Assembly: GCF_026571515.1 (NCBI RefSeq)
Contig: NW_026859790.1
Location: forward strand, 186,001-250,000
Source of the DNA: Ruditapes philippinarum
Lineage: Eukaryota
Direction: 5' to 3'
Length of the DNA: 64,000 bases
The position numbers and the translations under genes were made by a program. Numbering within the stretch: the stretch's first letter is position 1; each line of letters opens with the position of its first letter. The notes below the pieces were generated by a model, which was given only the letters and a program-made list of their open reading frames with translations, was not told the DNA's origin and made no database searches. Shown here piece by piece: positions 1-13,497 of this stretch.

Positions 1-1305
1 ATTGTGTTTTATTTATCAGTTTTTTCAAACAAAATGGTGCCCTTATTGTGAAAATAAACAGGGAGATAATAAGAACGGCGGGTGCATTGTTGTAGAATAA
101 TGCACGCTTCGGGCCTTCTTTGTTTATATAGAAAAAAATTCTAATAGTGTTAGAATTATATATAAAGCATTCTATGTAATCTTTAAATGTTTAAAGACAT
201 AGACAATCAGGGCTGTGAAGAATATCAATAAATCAGCACTTCACAATGTTCCATGTTTCAAATATTTAATCTCAAGGGAAAAACTCACAATAGGAGAGAA
301 GATCTACATGTTTCAGAATGTTTGACAAAGACTTTAATAAATTCTGTCTAATTTGAATATTGTCTGTCATGATACCACCATATATGGCCTGATTAAACTG
401 ACTATAGATCGACCCACTTTATACATTATTTTTTGTAAAAAGTCAGACAAGCACATATTTTCTTGATGCCTCTTCAATAAACAATAATAGAAATTGAGTT
501 TAAAAATACACATATAATGTACTCTTCACCATCAATACAATATGGCAAGGTATGAAATTTAGAAGTCATTGTACAAAAAAAATACACCATATAAAAAGGC
601 AGTTACTGTTACTGTCAGCACTAATTTTCGTTTCTATTTGCTGACAGATTTGGTTTGAAGCTTTGTTCTTTAAAAAGAAAAACATGTTGATTTGTGTTTA
701 CATTAAACGTGTTGTCAGTCAGCAGATAGCATACATCAGTAAAAAACTCCAAATTTATGTCCAATAATATTTATTTAACCTCTACTGGATCTAAATATAT
801 GAGGAAAGCAATTTTAGTTAGACAGGAGATGAGATTAGTGGGGTAAATTTGATCTCCTATACTGAGACTTGTGTCTGTAGTAACTGTTTACCTTTCTAAT
901 ATATCACTATTTAATGTTTCCTTCATCAAGCTTGATGACATTCTACAGTAGGGTTTTAAATGTCTGTTTGCAGCTTATATCAAAGACAAAAAGCTGATGA
1001 AGGCTTGAAGCTTATGTCATAGACAATAAGCTGATGTAGTAGAAATGAATTTCAGATTTATTTTTGAAATTGTCTGTTTCAAAACAGGACTGATGATGAT
1101 GAAGCTTAGTGATTCTATTTCATATTCAGAAAAAGGTTTTATTCCTAAATAAATTCTACTTTATATGTCGCTTTCCCGCGGATCTGATACATTAATGGTT
1201 AAAATGGCACATGCACAGTTTGTGTCAGTATATTTCGTGAGCAAATGAATATTTGTTTTGTGGCTAACTTTCATTTTATAGAATGTTATATATATATATT
1301 TTCAG

Positions 1306-1613
1306 GTAAAGATGATAAGGGTTGGTGTATGTATGTTGATAGTAAACGTAGCTGGTTCATGCATTCAGACATACACACAGACAGGACTGACGGAGGAATT
1401 AATCGTGCCAGTGTGATCGGAATTCTTCTAGATCTCGACCATAATACCCTCAGTTACTTTATCAACGGTGAACCACAAGGCCCCGTGGCGTTCACAGACC
1501 TGTGTGGCGTGTATTACCCAGCAGTCAGTATTAATCGTAACGTACAAGTAACGATCCATTCAGGACTCAACCCTCCTATAGAGTGCGAGGATAGCGAGGA
1601 CTCGGCAGCGTAA
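1306..1613 (+). CDS. TRIM9: Last coding exon of a TRIM9/TRIM67-type E3 ubiquitin ligase (C-terminal SPRY/B30.2 domain); upstream exons lie outside the window
   Basis: Acceptor ttcag|g at 1305/1306. Translation GKDDKGWCMYVDSKRSWFMH...IGILLDLD...QGPVAF...YPAVSINRNVQVTIHSGL matches my recollection of the TRIM9 SPRY C-terminus. TAA at 1611-1613. Confidence 0.9.
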
Positions 1614-2425
1614 ATCAATTTTGCTCGTCAGAATATTTCGAACTTTATTGTCGTTTCATCATATTAAATCATTTCTTAGCAGACTTTTCTTTTGCCTTAA
1701 TTAGTCTGGCTTTTATTCTTTACGATATTTAAGTCAAATATGATTCTATCAGGAAATCATAAAGATTTTATAGTTTGAATGATAATAGAAAAAACTTTGT
1801 TAGGTTTTCAGCTGATTTCCCCCTCTTATTTCCTCAACTTTACAATTAATACACAACAATGATTTGTAGTATCACTATTATTATTGTAGAATTTTTTATT
1901 TAGATTAAGGAGGGGAACATTTTTTTCCTGTTTGATTTTAAACATAAAATATTTTAAAGAATTTATTTACGAGTGGCAACATTCACTGAAGAATTCTTAA
2001 GTTTAAAAAGTAATTATGATGAAATATCGTAGATAAAAGAAATTGAGCTGATTTTATTGTTCTATTTTAGCTTATCATTATACATCATGTGCTTCATTTT
2101 TCATTATACCATTGTTACAAACATGTTTTATTCATAAATTTGTATATTTTGATAAATGTGATAGTTTTATGATATCTATTTCAGCAACAATACAAATGTA
2201 ATTGTACTTTATTGTATAATGCCGACACATGGTTTAGTTTTTTAGCTTATATCAATGATAAAATGTTTGCAATATCTTCTTGATTTTAAGGCAGTTATAT
2301 ATTTATACATTGTTTTCTCTTTTACTTTGGTCAAACCATAAATTTTTAAAATATCTTCTTCCAGTGCAGTTGTACTATACAATTTTATTAAAATTTAGAT
2401 TTCAAATTTTTCCTATTTTTGCTAG

Positions 2426-2495
2426 GATTGATTGAAATGTTGATGCAGAAAAGACACATGGATTGATTGAAATGTTGATGCAGAAAAGACACATG
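2426..2495. repeat. Exact 35-bp tandem duplication
   Basis: gattgattgaaatgttgatgcagaaaagacacatg occurs twice in tandem. Confidence 0.9.
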
Positions 2496-2924
2496 TCTTG
2501 TTATTTATTTACTATACTTGATGTATTTGTTAGAAACTTCTTAATCAAAATCCTGATTTTAATGACTGGGCCAATTGTCTTTACCGGGTATTCATAAAAC
2601 TTAAGGCAAATACCTCAAAAACATTTATGGATGTGTATCACCAACCATTGTAATTGCAGTTTATTTACTGGGTTGTTTTTTTGTTTTTTTTTCAGTATTT
2701 ATTTACAAATAGTCTCCTTTTATTATGTTTTGTGACACGTATTTTATTTATAGTGTCTCTTACATTGTTTTAAGCTACAGTGAATATAGGATATGGAATC
2801 AGTATTTTTAATATTTTGTGTTATTTACTTATTGCTGTAATTACAGTATATTTTCTGGCACTGGTTTGATGAAGTTAAGAAAGAATGTTAATGTCACTGA
2901 TAGTATCTATTTGTAAACTGCCTA

Positions 2925-3350
2925 TAACCAGTCTCTTCAATTGCTCCAGAACCAGTCTCTACAATTGCTGCAGAACCAGTCTCTACAATTGCTCCTGAAT
3001 CAGTCTCTATAATTGCTGCAGAACCAGTCTCTATAATTGCTGCAGAACCAGTCTCTATAATTGCTGCAGAACCAATCTCTATAATTGCTGCAGAACCAGT
3101 CTCTATAATTGCTGCAGCTACCAATTGTCTAGAACCAGTCTATAGTTGCTGCAGTTATGGATTGTATAGAATCAGTCTGTAATTGCTGCAGTTACCAATT
3201 GTTAATAGCTGTAGTAACTGATTATCTAGTACAAGTCTCTACAATTGCTGCAGTTACTGGATCCCTAGAACAAGTCTACAATAATTATTGCTGCAGTTAC
3301 TACTTGTCTAGAACCTTATCTAGAAGTAGTCTATTTAATTGCTGCAGTTA
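2925..3350. repeat. 24-bp minisatellite (gaaccagtctctataattgctgca), degenerating 3'
   Basis: About 8 near-perfect units at 2925-3118, followed by decayed units. Confidence 0.9.
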
Positions 3351-4649
3351 ATGGTATCTTATGTGCTCATCAAATGGAAATTTCAATCCAGAACAAACAG
3401 TCTATTGTCTTGCAGTATTGATAAAAAACCACTTACTGGTACTTTACCATCAGACAGCCATTTATCTACATAATTTATCAACTTCATGTTCTAAAACTGT
3501 TTTAGTGAAAATTTGTTCACATCAAGTAATATTGTTAATAAAATTTCATCAACATGAATTATGTGTCTATCCCCTTTCAATTAATGTTATGATAGTTTTA
3601 AATGGAGGCAAACAAGCAAATGTCTTTCAAGCACAAAATGATTAAGGAAACTAAAAATGTTCAGTTTTCCATTTGTCACATGTGACCAGTTTATAGAAAG
3701 AATACAGGGTAAATTAATTGGTTTACAAGTTAATTATTGTCTAACACGTCTTACATCAAGTTATTTTATACCTCATATACATAGAAACTTGTAATTTTCA
3801 TTTCACATATTTTGTTGATGCTATCATATTCTGAAAATGTTAAAACTTGCAGTATTGTTGAGAATTAGGAAACTTATATATGTCAAAGGCTAACAGATGA
3901 AAAGTGTGAAATTTATTTTGTGTTTTTTGGGGGTTTTTTTCTGACAATTAGAAATACTGTTCTATTAAAAAATACTGAATACTTAAATATTGTCTTGATG
4001 CTGATTAAATTAGTAAATTTAAATTTGTTTTCCTATCTAAACTCCACACATTGATAAAAGCAGTTATTTTATGTATATAAGGGAATTATGGTTTTGCTGT
4101 AGAATTTTATCTTCATATAAATTTTAAGCTTAAATTAATTTTTTTTGTTCTGCCATAGATTTAGACTGTTAATTGATGCTTAAAGTTGACTATATGTATA
4201 TAGCATATAAGATATTTTACAGTTATTACCTGTGTTCCTGGTGCTGAACATAAAATTCATCTTCAACATCGTCTTCACAGACATTACATTATATAGCTTG
4301 TACAGACATGATATAATTTGTATGAAGATTGCATGAGAACCGTCACGAACAATTTCAATATACAGACAGATAATAGCTCATCATCACATGATACATTGCA
4401 AACAGACTGCAGACATGATATAATACATAAAAAAACAACTCTACAATATCATATTATTCATCACAGATATTGTCTTCACAAACAATTTAATGTACAGATG
4501 TGACATTATTCATCACAACCACTGTTTGTACAAAATCATTCATTACAAACATTTTATGTACAGATGTGACAACATTTATGACAAATGATGTCGCAATGGG
4601 ACATGATTCATCGTAGCATATTCAAAACAGTTTGTAACATCAGCATATA

Positions 4650-5483
4650 TGTGACATAATGTGTGAAATCATTCATCACAACACATTAATCTGTACAGAT
4701 GTAACTTGATGTGTGATATAATTCATCACAGCACAAAACAGTGTGTGGCATCATTTATCATATCTGTGCAGATGTGACATACCTGTGACATCATTCATTA
4801 CATAACACATATCTGTACGGATGTGACATCATTCATTACAACACACATATCTGTAAAATATGACATCATTCATCACAACACACATATCTGTACAGATGTG
4901 ACATAATCTGTGACATCATTCATCACAACACACATATCTGTATGGATGTGACATCATTCATTACAACACACATATCTGTACAGATGTGACATCATTCATT
5001 ACAACACACATATCTGTACAGATATGACATAATCTGTGACATCATTCATTAGAACACACATATCTGTACAGATATGACATAATCTGTTACATCATTCATT
5101 ACAACACACATATCTGTACAGATGTGACATAATCTGTGACATCATTCATTAGAACACACATATCTGTACAGATATGACATAATCTGTGACATCATTCATT
5201 AGAACACACATATCTGTACAGATATGACATAATCTGTGACATCATTCATTACAACACACATATCTGTACAGATATGACATAATCTGTGACATCATTCATT
5301 ACAACACACATATCTGTACAGATGTGACATAATCTGTGACATCATTCATTAGAACACACATATCTGTACAGATATGACATAATCTGTGACATCATTCATT
5401 AGAACACACATATCTGTACAGATATGACATAATCTGTGACATCATTCATTAGAACACACATATCTGTACAGATATGAGATAAT
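4650..5483. repeat. 50-bp minisatellite with 39-bp variant units
   Basis: aatctgtgac recurs every 50 bp from 5031 onward. Older degenerate copies extend upstream to about 4270. Confidence 0.92.
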
Positions 5484-6763
5484 CCAGCACTGAGGTCCAG
5501 TATTATTATAATAGAGAAGCCTTGTTTTTAAGGTGTACATATCATAAAGACTGCCAGAATTTTTACATGTAGTCTCAATCAATCATTAACTCATCATTTT
5601 ACTTTAACATGTTGTTTTTTTTTCTTTCTAATTAGTGAAATAATCAGTTGTTAAAAGATATTAAGATAAGTGCTTGAAGCATTTATTTCACTTCAAACAT
5701 CTAATTTGTGATGCATCTCAAGCTGCAAACTAAATTAAGCAGACTAATTCATTTGATATTGTGATTTCTGAACAATTTTAAAAGTACGATTTTTTTTGTT
5801 AAACTGTTCTAACACTTTCAACATTTTTATATGAATATTGTTTTAAGACAAACTATAATTTTACCATCTGAGTTGCTGCCATGATAAACACTGCAACTAT
5901 AAATGGGAGTACAAAAGATTAAAGTCTGTATTTAAAGGTACATTAAGTCTCAGAAATGAAAATATATTTTTTGGGGAAGAAAAAACAAACCTGTGTGTCT
6001 TGTAATGTTTAAAAAATAGATTAAGAGCTGTAAGACAATTATCACACGACAAAAGCACCCTTCAATGTACATGTATAATAATTTGTTTTAAAAATAACAA
6101 AATTTAAACAAAGTGGTATTTTGTCTTCCAGAATACTAAATCACTGTTATTATACTTATGGCCTAGAGGTAAAAGATAGTTTAGATATATAACTCAGAAT
6201 ATTAAACAGAACGCCAAGAATAAAATGATTTTTAGAGATAAAAATTAAAGTATTTTTGGGCATACAGGAAGATACTTTTCTATAAATAAAAGTTACACCT
6301 TAATGTTACCTGTGCTGTCTTAGCAATAAATTATGTTAATCTTATAAAAGAAGTGCATTATTTAATTGTTATTTATGAATTCATTTTATTTGTTTTGCTA
6401 AAAACAAAATCACAGCTTTTAATTGATTAGTACTATGTGAATATCATTTATTTATTTATCATGTTTTTGTATTCGCAAAAAAGAGTCCATCATATAATAT
6501 TTATATATATTTGTGTCTAGATTTAGACTTTTGACCACATTTTGACCAAAAATAAAATTGCTGAACAAAGATGTTATTACTTTTGTTATTTCTTCCACAC
6601 AAAGTGATGTATGACAGAATTATACATAATGATGTATAGAAACCGATTGTTTTATTATGTGAAGAGACTAGCTGGCAATGTTGAGGAAGTCTCTCAATTG
6701 TCACAATCTGATTTGACATACAACACTGTTACAAGGATCATTGCCTTACCACCAAAGATAAAG

Positions 6764-6906
6764 GACCGAGTCTGAAGTTAAGTACTTAAAGACCAAATCT
6801 GAACTTAAACAACCAAGTCTGAACTTAAACAACCAAGTCTGAAGTTAAACAACCAAGTCTGAACTTAAACAACTAAGTCTGAAATTAAAGGTTCAGGTCT
6901 GAAGTA
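6764..6906. repeat. 20-bp tandem repeat (aaccaagtctgaacttaaac)
   Basis: About 7 units visible. Confidence 0.85.
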
Positions 6907-8463
6907 AGAATATCAAGATTTTAGATAGAGCACAGAGTTTGAAACTGTTAAAGTAAAAGTTAATGATAAAGCATTGTTTGCAAATAAATCTTCAATCTTA
7001 ATGTTCTTTTGTTGGGAGAAGGAGATAGACACATAACAATAGAGATTTCTATTCTGAAAGTTTCTATATTAAAATGTCAGTGTGACCTTCAAAACAAAAG
7101 ATATTGGCAAGCACATTGAGAAACTGAAGTATTGTACCTAATACACAGGTAATTTAAATAGAAAATGCAGGACTGTTCCATAGTACAAGTAGAAAATGAT
7201 TCTGACTTAAACAATAGTGTTTTCATCTTTTGATTGAAAACTTCATTCAACGTCAGTTGATTTGCAATAAGTAAGATGTGCTAAAAATGATCAGCAATTT
7301 AAACCTAAACACTTTACAATCATTCATAAATGATTTCCAAGTTTTTCAAGCCTAATCTTTTGTGTTACCTGTCAACACAACTTAGATGCTTGACAAGTCA
7401 GTTAGGTCTTATTGCAATCCCAGTAGTTCAAATTTACTGAAGTCTTCATCTTTCCCAAATCATTCAAGCCCAAAATCTCCACCAGTTACCCAGTCAAAAT
7501 GTTTCACTATTAAAACTATAGTTTGTGATAACCTTAAAAGTTTCACTAGTCATTTAGGCCAAAATACCCGTCAAGTCATTCTAGCCAAAAAGATTGTTAG
7601 TCAAATTTTGTTGGTCATTTAAGTCTACAGCTTTGCCAGGGTAAAAATGTCTTAAGTCTTTGGCTAAATGTTTCACCAGTTTTGAAAGTTCACCAGTGAC
7701 TCAATATTAAACAAGAGCTGCCAGTAGGACAGCACCCTAGAATATTCTCTGTGCTTCATAGTAAAACATGAGGGAGGATAAAGTAGGAGATAACAAAGAG
7801 GAAGATTTTGTTCAGAATACAGGAAAGATTAAGGAGTCATGGACAGTGACCTCTAAGTTATGACCACATAGGCAATGAAATACTTCACATGAATACTTTC
7901 AGTAGTTGTGACTACTGGTACTAATCCTGTATGCAATACTTTAACCAAAAGTTCACCTATCTATATATAATGACCTCTATGATCCCAAAGACATGACTGT
8001 GTGAAAGTTATAAGCAAAATTCTGTAGTGACTGATGAGATATGAAGTTGTACAAGAAATTTCACACAAAGCTTCAAATCTAATTTATGTACTGGTACAAG
8101 TCATGAAGACTTAAATTCTTTAAGGTTTATTAGCCATACAAGTTTAAATAATTCACCAGTAATTAAAACATCCCTCCAATGATAAATATAAAAGCAGAGA
8201 TACTCAAACCTGTATTCTTGCAAATCAGCCAAGACTTTCTACTGTAACACGGGTGCTAGAAAAAACTAGGCTTACATTCTCTGTACCTTTATGAATGAAT
8301 TGTGTTTATAGGATGTTATGAATGGACTTGTAAATGCATACACAACTATAGAAAGGTATAAATGAAAATATAAGTTTTCGATATTTCTTTCTGGAATATG
8401 ATTTAAATTTATTATGCAAGATCAAATACTGGCTATATTCATAGACAGGAATATTTTGCTCTT

Positions 8464-8525
8464 GGGTAACTGTTAAGCGGAAACTTGGCAGACCGGGAAA
8501 CTTGGCAGACCGTTAACAGTTACCC
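8464..8525. repeat. 62-bp mini inverted-repeat element enclosing a 17-bp tandem duplication
   Basis: gggtaactgttaa ... ttaacagttaccc (13-bp perfect IR) surrounds 2x ggaaacttggcagaccg. Confidence 0.75.
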
Positions 8526-9949
8526 TCCAGCTACATATATTCAGCTCTGTATAGGCAGCCAGTGTAAAATTCTTATTTGCCAACCTTGTAAGTAATAGCC
8601 TTGATCAGTATACTTTCACCTAAGATGTCACACTGGTCATTTCAATTAGACATGCTGGACCAGTCATTAAAATTTCCAGGTAAAATTTGTACAAAAATGA
8701 ATGTCTTATCATCTATGGTCAAAGAATTTCAAACAATGTTTATTCCATCAGACAGCTGGTCAAAGTTTGAGAGGAATAAGACCTGAATATGCCAGTTAGA
8801 CAGTATGTTTATAGCTTTGTACAAAATTGCATGATGTTGTTTTTTTTTCTGTAGGATATGTAATCTGTAATACATCAACTTTGAAAAAATCACCAAGTTC
8901 CTGTTTTTTATACAGTGATCTGGTAGGAATAGAAATCTTTTACAAAATAATAAAAAAGAAAAAGGAGTTTACATTTAAAAAAAATAGAAACATGTGTTTC
9001 CCATGTAGGTTGAGAGTCATTGTGGAGCTACCAAAAACTTTATCTTAAGGCTTATAAAGCAATCAAACTCACGAAACTGTTTCTAAAATCTGGACTACTT
9101 TCATAGAAAGACATGTAATAAAATACTACATATTTGTCAAGTTACTTGAAATTTGATTTCCAACAATGTAGCAATGGCAGACTGGTTTTAAGTGCAAAAA
9201 CGAGTGCACAGTCTGCTATGAGGAGGAAAAACAACTCGGCGTACAAATCAATCTATTACGTGCGTCTTATTGAACGACTTGTGTCATCTATTATTAAAAG
9301 TTAAGACAGTCTTAGATTGGTAACATTCATCAACAAGAGCAATACAGTATCTCCTCTAGTGTTAAAATACTTTCAATTTCCAGACAAAAAATTCATCCTC
9401 TTCATCAAGTAGTGGCCTAAGGTCTTACTTTATTTGATTTGGCTTCAAACAATCCACTGTTCTAGTTACATAATGATATCAACTTTTCACTTCATAAATA
9501 TCACACTTGTACAATCTGTTACTTTTCTTCAAGAAATTGACAATGTCCTGATGGAAGAAGAAACATGTGTTATGTCTGTGGTCAAAGGTCACAGTGAAAA
9601 TTCTTGAGCTGTTTATTCATTACACAGCTTTCTTAATTTTCTTCATTTGTTCTTTTGAATAAGAAGTAAGCAATCGATCAGTTCTCTTATTAATAAATGA
9701 GTACAGAGCACCTGTCATATTTGTGATAATTCTGAGATCATATAAAATACAATGTCTAGTTCATATACTAGAATAAATGTTCAGCAATGAACATCATGAA
9801 AATGTTTATTTTAAAATTAATAAAATCTTTTTTATTTATACATTTATTATTTTAAGTTTATATACCTACAAGTTTCCTGACAACAGTCATCTTCAAGGGA
9901 GAAATTATATACATCCAGCTCAAACTTCTTGGTATTTACACCAGTTTTG

Positions 9950-10220
9950 GGTGACTGTGGCAGAGTAGGTAAGGTTGCCAATATCAAAACACTTGCTCCT
10001 CACCACTGTAGGTTTGAATCCCATCAGCAACTTTTGATTCTTCCATGTAAGGGAGCTATCCAGCTAGCTTATGGAAGATGGGTGGTTCTACTCAGCTGCC
10101 TGTTCATGCTTGAAATAACGCATGGTGCTAGAGGTCTTATTCCACTTATAAAGCTGGAGAGTCACCTTATGGCTTATCTACTATCTACTGCATTAGTGCA
10201 ACATAAAACCCAACAAAAAC
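9950..10220 (+). mobile_element. tRNA-derived SINE (MetaSINE-like central domain), degenerate
   Basis: A/B-box-like head (gtggcagagtaggt...ggtttgaatccc), core gagctatccagctagcttatggaagatgggtggttctac, tail taaaacccaac. Homologous to 29150-29345 and 43652-43973. Confidence 0.8.
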
Positions 10221-11219
10221 ATTTCTACATTAGTTCTGTATGTTCTTCTGGAAGAATCTACTCAAGCTTTTCAACACATCTGAAAAGCAAACTCATGCAA
10301 AATTCCCAATATATTTTGTTATGTGTAAATAAATATATCTATGCTGTAAATGGTGATTCTTTATGATCAGTATTTTTTTTATTTTTTTGTTGGATTATTT
10401 CTTGTAATTGCTAATATTCAACATTCAAAAAAGTGAACAGTTGAATAAGGGGAATAACTGTTAAATAAAAATATATTTTCAATATGAATATTTCTCTCCC
10501 TTTGCTCATAAATGCTGGACATAGGAATATGGACAAACTATTTGCCCATTTTGATTGTGTTCTATTTGTTGTTGTTTTTTTAAAGCATGTATAGAAAAGC
10601 TCCTTTAACATTTTGCTTTACTGCTATATCTGTTGTGTTTAGTTCACATAAAATAACAAGGATAATTTTTCATTTTTTTTTATTTTAATTCAATATTTCC
10701 ATTCATAAATATATTATTTTAGCAACAATTGTCAGACTTGGAATGCTGGTACAAGAACGTATATATTTCCCTGCTCTACACTGAAGCAGTATTCTTTACA
10801 AGACTGAGGGAGGGAGAAAATAGTCTATCAACTTAAATAAACTTTTTAAACATTTACACAAATGTTACCGGACAAATAAACATCATAATATCACAGAAAT
10901 GCAATGCTCATTCTTACATTCAATTATAAATAAGAACATTATATATGAAGAAATGAATAAGAAAAGTATTAATGAATTGTTTCAGAGACAACATTGCAAA
11001 TTCCAACTCTGCAATCATCTCTTCTACCATTTCTAAGTCTGTTGGTTTATTTAATGGAGTATCTATCTAGTATTGCAGTCCTTATCATGGAATCTTACTC
11101 AATTTCATAAGGCACTTTACTCCGTCAAAATCAAGAAAAATGCACAGTATTTAAATCTCGTAATATTTTATTCAATACACAGAATATTCATTTTTCTTGT
11201 CTATGAAAACAAAATGTAT

Positions 11220-13460
11220 CTAGTCCTCATCGCTATTTTCTTCACCTTCCTCTTCCATGTCCTCAGCAGCTTCCTGTGCCTCCTGGCGTGCCGCTCTCAA
11301 TGCTGCCTCCTCCTCGGGAGTTGGATCCTCGGCCTCCGTGATCTCTGGTCCACTTGGGAACTCTTCAAGTATCGCAGGTGGTGCTGCTGGGCTGTAATTG
11401 TCTTGTGAGTACTTGTGTCCCCAACCAATGTAAACATTCTCAAATTTCCTAAAATAACAACAATAAATTATAATATAGTGAAATCCTCTCTTTGTGTTTG
11501 GAGTGCCAGTTTTATTAAAACTTTCCTTACATGTAATAGAATACTCTCACAAGTAACAGAATCCAAATTGTATCTAAGAGATAAATTTGTGGATTTTTTT
11601 ATTAGTGATGACCTCCAAGTTCAACTTTTTAGATAATTGTGAAACAAACAAACTTTGTGTACTTACTTTCCAGTGGCGAAAGCATGAGCACCTGGCCAGA
11701 GGTTAGAGTGTATGCAGGCAATGGCATATTGTGGAATGAGGTGGGAGGAGAGTTTGGCTGTCCATGGAGGCATGTTTCCTATCTCAGTATCCTCTGATAG
11801 AGGTGTCAACAATGGTGGACCAGTCTCGGGTTCAGGCTCGTCTGGTTCCTCTCTTTCCTCCTCCTCTTCCTCATCTTCAAATTCATCCTCGTTCTTCTGT
11901 ACCGGATTCCACCAGACACAACGACCCTAACAGGACAATATGACAGTGTTATCATTAGCACTTACAGCATCAGTTTCAACATGTTTGACAAAATACTATT
12001 GTACAACAATATTATAATATAATTTCAATTTATTATCAGCACTTCTTTCATGTCATAGAAATAATTCAGAAAATAACCATAACAATATTGGAAAAATCTT
12101 CTTTTTTTCATTTCTATGCATTTCAAAAGGCAGTTCAAGAAAAGGATTTTGGAATAGAGTGTATTTTACACAGCATAATAACAGACAATGATTTTGAAGA
12201 ATTATTTAGGTATAGCCTTACCTGTGGCAGTATATGTTGTACATGATGTACCCAGTTTGACAATGTTGGGTCTATGAGCTCTTTTACAGGGATTCCCTCA
12301 AAGTCAAGATTCTCTACAAAGTTGTCACGGCCTGAAAACAAACAGATCATAAATACAGTTGTCTATAAATATTTAAAGGAAACAATATGGCATATATCTA
12401 CATTACACAAGGATTCAGAAATTTTCTTGATAAAAAACAAACTTAGACAAATCAATTAAAAAGCACATGCCATATGGTAGAATGACTACAACAGTCTAAT
12501 ACACATGTATTATAGAATGACTAGAGAAATTTATGTCTAATCAAGTGTAATTAAATGAATGTAATATGATTAAATATCATAATCTTCACACTGAGTTAAC
12601 AACAGTGGAAGTTTTACCTTCTCCTTCTTCTTCTTCTTCCTCCTCCTCATCAAACTGATAGAAACCTAGAGGTGAGATGTGGGTACCAGCTGATATACGA
12701 GCAATCTGTGCCCTCAAATAGTTTGACTCATTGCCGGGAAACGGTGGGAAGCTTACAACCTTAAACAAAACAAGTTATAACTCTATAGGTAATATTCATC
12801 AAATGAAACTGAAAAATATCAATCTGATTTTGCAAAAAAAAATGAAATAAAATAATATTGGTACTAAAACTGATCATTAATAATTAGTTGTTTAAATACA
12901 ATTGCAAAACTTTCTAGTCTGCTTCCTGGAACTTATCAGTACTCAGGTGTTGTATAAGGAAATAGTGATTGTGACCGAAGTTTGGTTCGAACTCATGATT
13001 CTTGGGTTAAGAGGCAGACACCTTATCCACTAGGCCACTGCTCCCCTCTATCAATAATCTGTCAATAATTTATGAATGTAAACTATAAATAGACACTTAC
13101 AGGAGCATCAAGTCGTCCAGTAAGGAATTTCTTAATTTGTCTTCCTGATAGAAGTTGTGCTGGTGTACATGCAGGCAGTTTGTTCCATGGTTTACCAGCT
13201 GAAAAACATATCAATTAGCATGAAAACATGTAAATGGATCCAACAATGTTCAACATGAAATTGTTGTATAAGTATGTCCTAAAAACTAAGTTCAAATATC
13301 ATTACTTCAGTGATTTCAGCATATTTAGTTATTTACCGATGGATAAACTGACAGACAATTTGCATCATGCCTTTTGTTTAATCATGTTTGTAATCTCTAA
13401 ATCATGTACTCAGCATCTGCCTTATTCAATAAAATTTAATCAAACATAAACAGTGAAGAG

Positions 13461-13497
<37 letters not shown>

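Noticed and set aside
990-1020. CTGATGAAGGCTTGAAGCTT as a possible second hammerhead core
   Set aside because: No GAAA or stem III follows the putative stem II.
2894-3124. 76-aa ORF with SAAIIETG repeats
   Set aside because: It is only the translation of the 24-bp minisatellite, with a non-ATG start and no splice context.
4650-5483. Regular repeats resembling a CRISPR array
   Set aside because: Units are head-to-tail with no unique spacers, the context is eukaryotic, and there are no cas genes.
9929-10366. 145-aa ORF
   Set aside because: It overlaps a decayed SINE and has no recognisable protein features.
11073-11930. Plus-strand ORFs rich in Ser/Leu/Phe
   Set aside because: They are antisense shadows of Glu-rich RSPH4 exons.
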